From the NCBI GenBank assembly GCA_000320545.1, contig ADNK01001574.1, positions 25,738-89,737 on the forward strand: a stretch of DNA of 64,000 nt. The letters are read 5' to 3'. Shown here piece after piece: positions 54,293 through 64,000 of the stretch (within the stretch, counting starts at the first letter, position 1; each line of letters begins with the position of its first letter). The notes under the pieces are model-generated. The model was not told the DNA's origin. It was given only the letters and a program-made list of their open reading frames with translations, and searched no databases. The DNA is from Bigelowiella natans CCMP2755 (Eukaryota > Protista > Cercozoa). The translations under genes were made by a program, and so were the position numbers.

Positions 54293-55329
54293 TATATATT
54301 GCTACTGTGTGGTAGTCAAAACAGCTAGCATTGGCTCCTTTCTATTCATAATATTTCTTTCATCATTATCACTCTGTCGGTCGTGTAAGTTGACATCGAG
54401 GTATTTTCTACCGCTTCTGCCTAGGTATGTGGGGAAGTACTGTGTAAAGCACGGGATCTTCCTTTGCGTGGCAGCAGGGAAACACTCAATGAACTGCATG
54501 AGGACCGGCTCCTTCGTAGTGGATTTAAGCGGCATGCGAAACGTAATCGCTGTCATAAACGATTTTCTTTAAAGCAAAAGGAAAAATCATTAGGAGCATG
54601 ATTGCTCAATAGTCACATCCAAGTTTGTATCTGCTGAACATTATTAAAGTAGTAAATTCCTCTCGCTCATTCCCTCATTCCCGCATTAGAAACAAAGGCC
54701 TATAACTGTGTGGTGCTATAGCATACCATCCATATCAAACACTCCCCCCCCATTCACAGGTACGTGTGAATGAAAAGGAACAGTGGGCAGATGTCGATGG
54801 GGGGGCGACCTGGGAAGATGTTACTGAGGCAACCAAATGGTATAAGATGGCCACGACGTCAGGCATTGCAGAAGCTACAGGTGTTGGAGGCACGATCACG
54901 CAGGTAGTATTTGGATCTCCGTCTCTTCGGTTCAACAAATAAATGCGAAATCACCTCAAATATCTACTCACCTCCTTCTCTCTACTCATACACTCCTCTC
55001 TCTCACCCGAGGGTCATTACTAATCGGTCGCACGTGCATTGTGTGGTGGTTCTGCTTATCATCTTGCCTCTCTTCGATGTGTGATGAACCGACCGGCATA
55101 CCAGGGGGGGCATGGCTACCTCGAGCGTGTGCACGGACTTGGAATCGATAACTTGCTTCAGGCCGAAGTCGTCACCGCTGATGGCTCAATCTTAACTGCG
55201 AGTGGAAAGGAAAATCCAGATCTCTTTTGGGCTATAAAAGGCGGAGTAATATTTCCTTTAAATGACGGAGAGAATAAATAGTATTTTTTAACATCTCTCT
55301 TTCTCTCGGTCTCTCTCTCTCTCGGTCTC

Positions 55330-55372
<43 letters not shown>

Positions 55373-55720
55373 ATCTCTCTGTCTATCTCTCTGTCTCTCT
55401 GTTTAAGGGAAGCAACTTTGGCGTTGTTACGCGATTTCGTCTCCAGCTTCATCCTATCCCTGCGAGCATCTTTGCAGGGCGACGTGTGCATGCCCCAATG
55501 GGGATAGGATGGTTTCCTAACCGTGCAAAGCTCATTGAGCAGTTTGCAAAGATAACCGCTGAAAGCAAGGACAATAAGGTGTGCGGTCATTTCAGAAGAA
55601 TGCCGGTAGTGGTTGGAGGGGGGGGATGGGAGGCGCGGTCTCCGACCTCGTGCTATGGAGAATATGAACATCTATTTTATTGAAGTTATACTCCTAGAGG
55701 GGGGGGGGGGAGAGAGAGAA

Positions 55721-55751
<31 letters not shown>

Positions 55752-56024
55752 AGAGAGAGAATCCTTTACGAAATTCGCTTCTTGAAAGTCGTGAAAGTCT
55801 GTTTACTATCGTACCGTCACCCTCCACCCTCACCCCCTCCTAGGCAACTGGCATCCTTACCCTAGCCGTGGGGGGATCAGTCGTTGAGTTCTTGGCCTAT
55901 ATTGACGAAGGGAACAAGGGCAAATCTTACTTTGCTGTGCATAGAAAGCGAGTAGGATTTCCAGTAAAAGACAACATGAGGGGGATGGACTATCATAAAG
56001 AGATTCAGAAGGTGTATTATTCTT

Positions 56025-56065
<41 letters not shown>

Positions 56066-57672
56066 CTTAAAATTTCGAGGAAGAAGCAGCAATATCGTCG
56101 TGAACAATAGCAAACAACAAGAAGTAGTGAGGAGGAGGACACAACAAAATAACCTTTACAGTTACTCTCATTGCAGCACCATTGCTAGCAAGGGCATATG
56201 CAAGTACAGAGAGTATAATAATAATCTGTCTATTCAACCTCATTTCGGTGTGTATCTTCCCCCCCCCCCCCCCCCCCCCCCTCTCTAAATTTCCTTCCCT
56301 CTACTGGGGTTACCCGCTCTTCATTCGACGTGGGTGGTGGCATTAGACGGTCCATAGTGCTCGAGGCAACTACTACGTGAAAGGGAAAATAGGTGGAGAA
56401 GATGACCCACGAGCTGGCAAAGGCCCTGGCTAAGATCACAGCTAAGGAAGAGAAGCCGGGCCACGGATGCAAGTGTCAGATTCGGATAATTGCTATTGGA
56501 GGCAAAGCGTCGATTCAAGGACATGACTGCTGTGCCTTCAGAAATGGGAAGTAATAGAGACTGTGCAGATGAGGCCTCCAGAAACGATGTGGGGAGGGGG
56601 GGGGGCGGGGGCGGGGAGCGTGCATGCACATGCAATGGGATACTGATGACAATAATAGACACACGGAACAGATGGGTTATCACCATCATCGTCAGTAGCA
56701 GTAGATCTTATACTGGGAGAGCTGGACAGGGGACTATAGAGGGGAGTGATGATAGTAATTGGAACGTCTACTGATGTGTGAAGATGTGAGGGATGAGGGG
56801 GGGGGGCAACTCCAAGTACGATTGTGTACCATGATTGGCGGTGATAATGACGGCGACGACGATGATGATGATGATGATGATGATGATATTGATGATGATG
56901 CTATTCTGGTTATGATTGCAGGTTTCTGGTGGTCATCGAGGCAAGGTGGACGGGGAAAGGCTTCACGAAGATATACGTCGATAGGCGTTCTAAGTGCACG
57001 GCTTGGGTATGCGATTCAGCACAAGAGTAGTAGTAGCAGTAGTAGTAGTAGTAGTAGAAGCAGTAGTTGTGGTGGCCGTGCTAAGTCGACTTGGACTTTG
57101 GAGTAGTAGCAGCGCGTTTTTGTTTCATCTACCGCATCATCATCATCATCAACAACAACAACAACATTACCATCATCAAGCCTACCACCAGCACGCACCA
57201 AGATTATATAATCTCGTCACTGCTAACTACTTCCCACTACCACAAGGCGAGCAGGGCCATGAGCATGCTCAACCAGCTATCGAGCATTGGCCCCAAGATG
57301 TCGTGTAGCTCCTCTATCCCCCAGGCAATAGGAAGTCTCTCTACCGCCAAGGCAAGAGATAAGGAGGCTGAAGAGGGGGAAGGAGAGAAGGAGGAGGGGG
57401 GGGGTCCTAACGGCATAAAGAAGGCGTTTGAGGCAAAAGAAGAGCTTAAGAGCGAGGAATATGATGACTCAAAGCACTTTGGGGTAATTGGAAGCAAGTG
57501 GTAGGACGGATGGTTGAGGGAGGGGGCTTGTCGCAGATAGTACGTACTACTCGATTGGCCTTTGCCGAATGAACTTGGGTGCAAAGTCGTGCCTTTGATA
57601 ATGAAGTTAACCCCAGAAAAAACATTAGATAAGTATCTTCGCCATGTCCACTAATCAAATATCGGCTGTGTA

Positions 57673-57713
<41 letters not shown>

Positions 57714-58006
57714 CAAATATATGTAAATAAATGTGTATATACATACGCGTTTGGCAAAAAATGCAAATCAAATACCGGCACACACACAAGCACACATGCA
57801 CACACACACACACAAGCACACGTACGCAATGCCACCATTCGCTTCAGGTGGAAAGCGGGAATCTCCGAGTAGCTCTTGGTGTTCGAAATGTCTACGGTGA
57901 TAAGTTGCCACGATTGCAGAACCTTAAGGCAAGATACGATCCTGGAAATGTCTTTCGGTACAACGACAACATTATTCCAGTCGTCCCTTCAGAGACAGAG
58001 AAGTAG
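53614..58006 (+). CDS. FAD-linked oxidase, berberine bridge enzyme / 6-hydroxy-D-nicotine oxidase-like
   Basis: [20 protein letters not shown] (FAD-attachment His), [49 protein letters not shown]-terminal [21 protein letters not shown]. Confidence 0.93.
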
Positions 58007-58009
58007 CAG

Positions 58010-58500
58010 CGGTCAGCAGTTGAGTATACGATGCAATGCATTGTGTCCTAATTATGACTTTTGCATGCACGCAATGGCAAAGAGACGATGTGGCTTTCTC
58101 GCTAGCAATGTGCACGTCGAACAAGCGATAGGGACTAGGTCACCCATTCTAGCATTGCAAAGATCAATTACTAGACTACAATCGCATGAAGTGTAAGCAA
58201 TACACTATAGCTGCATGCAATACTAGAATGGTCATTTGTAGATGCGTCATTGTGCACTGATGTAGCACGCATCATGCAACAGAGTAAACACATTGGCTGT
58301 GCAAAAAATATAGGACGTGTAAGTGACGGCAGTGACCTACGTCGCTAGCGACAAGGTCTCACAATGCACTTTTGGCACATGACGAGATACGCGACGTACA
58401 TGCTAGTATGTCTACTTCTTGCATCGTATTGATCTAGTCAACAACACGGTACATTGTGCGCATATCATGCACTTATATTCGCATGCTCTAGCTAGCTAGA
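58010..58500. other. Palindromic-tetramer-rich intergenic zone 7 (convergent 3' ends)
   Basis: ctagctagctag, gtcgctagcgac, gtacatgctagtatg at 58396-58410, many TGCA/CATG. Confidence 0.65.
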
Positions 58501-58707
58501 GGCCGTGTTTGTTTGCATGCGTATTGCGTACGCCGTATGCAGGCTGAAACAATGCCAATAAACAATAGTCTCCTTCCAATGTTCTGGCAAAAGCGTCCAC
58601 CAATCATAATAACAGATTTTCTTGTTAGATTTTGGATGTAGCTCGACCACATATGCATGCGGCAACCACACTGCCACTACGGAACATATCCGTCTACTAC
58701 TACCCGA

Positions 58708-59036
58708 TCAGAAGAGGGTTCTCCCAGGCCCTGCACCGCCTGTGTGGCGCGAGGATGACGACCCAACGTTCATCATGTCATATGCCGCGCCCCCCCCCAT
58801 CTGTATATCCGAGAACTCCTGGTCGCGCATGGCCCCCAAGCCGCTGCGCCGTCCCTCCTGTTGGGGTGAGGGGGAGAGCAGGAGGATAACGATGGTGTGA
58901 GGCATTTTTATGTAATCACAAAGGAAAAATTTTCCGCCCTTCGGTCATTTCACGGGAAGAACCGAATTATTTTTCTATATGCACATATAAATATGCACTT
59001 TTAGATATATCAGTATATATCAATATATCAATATAT

Positions 59037-59075
<39 letters not shown>

Positions 59076-59912
59076 CGCCCCCTGTCTGACCGGTTGCGGC
59101 ATGCTCTTCCGTGCGGATTCGATGCTGTACGCCCAGGTGGAGAGCGCTCTGTACTTGGCCTTCTCGAGCTGTGAGAGGGTGTTCCGCCCTTGTCGTAGGT
59201 CCAAGATGCCCTCCACCTGCGTTGTTGTGATCGGCATCATCATGTACCATACGCGCTCAGTGCTAGTGATAGAAGTAGTGGTGGTAGTAGTAGTAGTGAT
59301 CGTACCTCGTTGATACGACCATTTATCCTTCCGTCTAAGATGAGCTGTATGAGGATATCCATTACTCCTTCCTTGCTCTCCCCCAACGAGGTGCTCAGGA
59401 ACTCTGTTGTTGGTGGGAAAAACATATCATAATTACTAGTGCTCTACCCCCATTCTTGTAATAACCATCTAGCGCAGATCAAGACACACGACTATGGATG
59501 GTGTCCAAAAAGGACGTTAGGCGAAAAAGGACGCATGGAAAAACATCAATCAGCCCACGTGCATAAAAGAAACAATTGCCCTTCCTTTCCTCGTATCACG
59601 AACGTTGATTCAACTTGCATCGCGCTATTAGATACTAAAGCGAAGCGCATCGTATATGCATACTACAGGATTTCAAAACGTAATGACTGGACGCTTTATC
59701 TCGCAAGTTAGGGGGACAATCATCATCAATCTATGTTCTCTGCCTACTATTTGACTCACCAACACGCACGCGCTGATACGGGATGATGAGGTCGCAGATC
59801 GCACGCTCATGGAAATCACGGACAACAGCATGGAGATGCTTTGACACGTACCTGAAAAACAAGCGGATTGAGGGGGAAAATCGAACAGAAACAAGCGTGC
59901 GCGCGCGCACGA

Positions 59913-59951
<39 letters not shown>

Positions 59952-60903
59952 TCAAAAAAGAAGTCTTCTATCGATTTTTGTCTTGCGACATTACGATTCG
60001 CCATGTCGCACATCTCAAATTAGCCTAATGACACTATTAGGTTTTAGCCTATACCAGTCAGGGCGAATGGCCTCCAAAGCAGCTTTGAATCGCGCAACGT
60101 CGCACTTCTCGTACGCGTTTCGGAGGTCTTTGATAGCTTTGATGTCGAGATCGTTGTCAAACGCACGAGCTTCCTGTTTACGATGGATGGATGGGAACAA
60201 CAATGACGACGACGACGACGACGACGATGATGATGAAGATTATTAATGTGATATGTCGCACCATCATCAAACACACCGAGCAGGGGCGAAACTATTTTGG
60301 CGGTGACGATTTCAAATGACAACGTAGGAAGATGACCGAAGAACAACCGAACCAAACCCCATCAAAGCAGCTGTTTCTTTTACGGAGATACTTGCGAAAT
60401 CGCCGATATCGTCATCATCATCATCTCGTAATGAAAGGAAAAACGCCGACGAATGCAAATCCTAGACAGCATGCATCGATGCGTTTGCAAGGTGCTGCTG
60501 GTGAAGCTACTTCCTATTCTCACCGCAACGAGGAGTAACACACACTCATATCTGACCTGCTGATCGAAGGGGTTCTCTGTCGTGTCGCAGAGCATGTTTG
60601 CCATGACCGTGTACTGATTGATGGTATTGGGGTGGGAGGAGTAGCAGTAGCATACCGACGATGACGACGATGATGGTATTGAATTAGTGTTGGATCAAGA
60701 GGCGGATTCAGTGAGAAGGACTGCTGCGAACATACGTCGGTAGGCAAATATCGCCACTAGCAGCAGCAGCAGCAGCAGCACACACCTGCAAAGAGCGCCG
60801 TGCACTATCGTTATTCCCAATCGTTTGGTAGTTCTTGAAGGCGGTCAGGAAGTGGCCGAATGCAGCCTCCCAATGCCCCTATTTATTGTGTTGTGTCACC
60901 GGA

Positions 60904-60944
<41 letters not shown>

Positions 60945-61300
60945 GGAGGGGGGGATGAATGGAGATAAAACAATTCAATATATACTTCGTGAGTCGATGC
61001 TAATAGCCAAACAAAGAATTAGTTAAATTTTATTCTATTGGTAGCCGAAATGTTATCATTGCTCTTAATTGAATTCTTGAATCTTCTCTCCTTCTTTTGA
61101 TTTATCTCCTTCTTCTCCCCCCCCATCCCTCTTTTTTCCTCCTCCCCCTCCTCCTCCTCCTCCTCCTCCTCCTCCTCCTCCTCCTCCTCCTCCTCCTATG
61201 ACGACCTCATTTCCGAACTTCTTGCCCCAGCATTCTTTGATGATCGAGTCGTTCTTGGGATCCATCACATTCGTGGTCAGCATGCACGTTTTACTATACA

Positions 61301-61339
<39 letters not shown>

Positions 61340-61555
61340 GATGGTGATGGTGGTGATGTGATGACGATGAAGATGAAGATAAAGGTGATAATAACGACGT
61401 TTAATAAGATCACCAGGAATAACCGAATTGGATATTAACATATTGCACGTTTTTCTCACATATCCAATACAAATTGGAAAATCACCGTAAAGACGAGGTA
61501 AATCCTCCCAATGAACTATAATTCTGAACTTCTTCTTCCTCGGAGAATCGTAAAC

Positions 61556-61613
<58 letters not shown>

Positions 61614-63069
61614 GATATCATCCTCATCCTCATCATCATCATCATGATCATTATTACCGATAAACATGTTGGAGAAAGGAGTCATCTTCGCTCTTCGACT
61701 CGAAGCGTATCTGAGCTAGCCGTGCGTAGATCTCACTCAACTGATCGGGCTTCGATAAGTCATCTTCACCATTTATCTGACACTTCTTGTGCACCCTGAT
61801 GACGATGATAATGATGATGATAATGATGATTCAGTGCATTCAGAGAAATGTTTTTGACGAAGCGGCTATAATTCCTCATCACCACCATTATCATCACTTA
61901 TGATCGCTCTCTTTACTCATCGTCGCTATTATCATCATCATCATCCTCATCATCGTCGTCGTGATTAGAGTACCTCTCGAGAACTTGCTCTGCATTCTTC
62001 AGATCCCCCTCCTGCGAATACAGCGTGCAGAGCCTAAAGGACGTCTCGTCCATCAAAGATTGATTGCCAAGCTCCTCCAGCTTCCGCAGCGCCTTGTCAA
62101 AAACACTGATAACGGCCTCGACTCCCCGTTTGCGTTGATCTGCTGCAGCAGTAAGAACCTATCGATATCATAGAGCACTGAGGTCAGGAGGTGGGGGTAT
62201 TGTATAAAACGACGACGAAATAGCAATGCGGTATTCATTCAAAGCAGCGATGATGATGCTTTGAACGAGATTCTCGTGTTGTGTCATCATAGGCTGCTGT
62301 TGCTCATCCATCATCTCTCTCTCTCTCTCTCTCTCTCACACACTCTCTCATCAGAGTTGCGACATCGCATCATAGACGACGACACAGCAGAAGGAATGAG
62401 CGTGAGGAAAAGAAAGAAATATCTCAGTTGCTCGGGGAGCAGTTGGGGGGGTTGGCGAGACGGGGCAGGAGGAGAGAAATGTACGCAAGGAGGAGAGAAA
62501 TGTACGCACACACCCCGAGCACAGCAGATCGGAAATCGGACTCCGAAATAGCAGCATCGTTCGCAAAGGAAAACACTCTGTCGTAGACGCTAAGTGCATC
62601 TTTATCCTTTCCCATGTGAAGTAAGATCCCAGTCTCTGCCACCAACGCCTACATACCAGCACCATCATGTCAAGTCACGCCGCGACTAATCATCATTCAC
62701 CGTCAATTCATTCATGATGGGGGGGGGGGGGGGGGCAAGGGCAATGATGATGACGGGCATGATAAACATTCTTCATTCTCAACGTGCAAAAACCCGCGAT
62801 TGCTCTGGGTGGAAGAGAACCTCTCTCACACACAAAGCACCTCTCTCACTTTGGTGTGTGAGCTACTCGTACTACTGCTATTGTCGCGTCGTCATAATCA
62901 CCCTCATGATCGATCATTATCACGCGATTTGCCGCAACCAGCAGCATGCATCACCCATCAGCACCCTCACGTACCTTCATAGCGAGAGTGACCGTGTCGT
63001 CATCTACTTCTTCTGTGATCTCCCCAGAATCAAACTTGGACTTCCATTCCTGAACGACGACGATGACGA

Positions 63070-63109
<40 letters not shown>

Positions 63110-63205
63110 TATATGTGTGTGCAATCAGTATCACCATTGTTATTATTGACACCTACAGACGTGGTCAGCGATTGGCCTTTTTACCCACCGTCACAGCTGC
63201 CGCTT

Positions 63206-63239
<34 letters not shown>

Positions 63240-63412
63240 CCCTTTTACCTCGTATGCAGATACGCACTGTCGATACAGCTCCAGAGCTTCCTTTTGATCT
63301 TCCTTTCTCTTATCTTCGGCGTTGTAATAGATCTGAATCTTAGCAACGTAAGAGTCCTCCTCGTCCATCATCCCTGGCCCGTCATCATCATCACCAGCGT
63401 TGTTCCACGCAT
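58708..63412 (-). CDS. COPS2: COP9 signalosome subunit 2-like PCI protein (divergent); start codon probably in an upstream exon near 63730
   Basis: IQIYYNAE, IIKECWGK, FLTAFKNY, MANML...NPFDQQEARAFDND, LIIPYQRV and LIQLILDGRINGRINE match CSN2 landmarks. Confidence 0.8.
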
Positions 63413-64000
63413 CCTGTGGGGGGGGGGGGGGGGGGGGAGCCGTCCGGGTTGGCCCTAATAAGCGGGGAGTATTGTTGCCTAAAAGTCTTCGGGGCACCAT
63501 TCTCCCCAATGCTCTCCCCCCCCAGCGGTTCAAAGCCCCTCTCCCAATGCACGTTGGGTTTATGGAGGTAGGCGCGAAAGTTTGATGGTTTTGAATGTTC
63601 TTGTGTTGTTGTTGGTGGTGATGGGCTTGATAACGAACAACAAAATGACGCTTCGTGCCACTGGGGAATGGGGGAGCGGCTTTGGGGACCCCCAGACCAA
63701 TACCATAAACTAGGAATTACCCAGCAATCCATCGCTGATGATCTTTCGCCGAATGAAATAACAAGAACAGAGAAGATACATCCTTTACACTTCAGGAGCC
63801 CTCTGGTAGGGGGATTACATTCTGATATACTATTATTTTGTTTGCGGTACATACCCGCGTTCCCCCCATGCGCCCCCCATAAGACTGATGTACCCGCATA
63901 ATATAACACGTCAGCTGTTATGTTAAAAAAGGTAGCTATGCGAGCTGCGCATCTCTGTCTGAGATTTTTTAAGTTGTTCGCTGTGAGATGGCCATTCACG

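Larger units (their letters stand above)
330..63440. repeat. Dozens of intronic microsatellites: (TA)n, (GA)n, (CA)n, (TAG)n, (CAT)n, (GAA)n, (GAG)n, poly-G/C, often compound
   Basis: Directly visible, e.g. 8197-8260 (TC)(AC), 28118-28179 (AC)(TA), 39488-39560 (GTC)(TAG), 49141-49250 (CAT). Confidence 0.98.

Noticed and set aside
22-63343. Many short ORFs with poly-YI, CV, RE, HT, SL, V or L runs
   Set aside because: These are translations of intronic microsatellites, which lack stops in several frames.

Overview
Gene-dense, intron-rich eukaryotic nuclear DNA in the standard genetic code, with GT-AG introns packed with microsatellites. A plastid-type phosphate translocator with a signal+transit presequence implies an alga with a complex plastid. 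The style resembles chlorarachniophytes such as Bigelowiella, but that is inference. Most entries in the ORF track are exon fragments or microsatellite artefacts. Manual splicing gives about 14 genes: MFS transporter (-), PH-domain protein (+), PRA1-family protein (-), TRMT11 (-), a 2-TM channel-like protein resembling PAC/TMEM206 (+), kinesin-14 (-), intronless mitochondrial carrier (+), TMEM70-like (-), RPN2/PSMD1 (+), a head-to-head pair of small paralogues inside a ~1.7 kb inverted repeat, TPT-family translocator (-), BBE-like FAD oxidase (+) and a divergent CSN2-like protein (-). Best leads: (1) the candidate non-animal PAC-like proton-activated chloride channel; (2) seven ~0.5-1.2 kb intergenic zones downstream of gene 3' ends, saturated with palindromic tetramers and 4-bp duplications, three of them carrying exact copies of CATGCTAGCATG; (3) the inverted-repeat gene pair, with a 231-bp perfectly identical core, frame-preserving indels and an apparently intron-split start codon. 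All gene models were spliced by eye and their boundaries are approximate. No RNA genes, CRISPR arrays or intact transposons were recognised.
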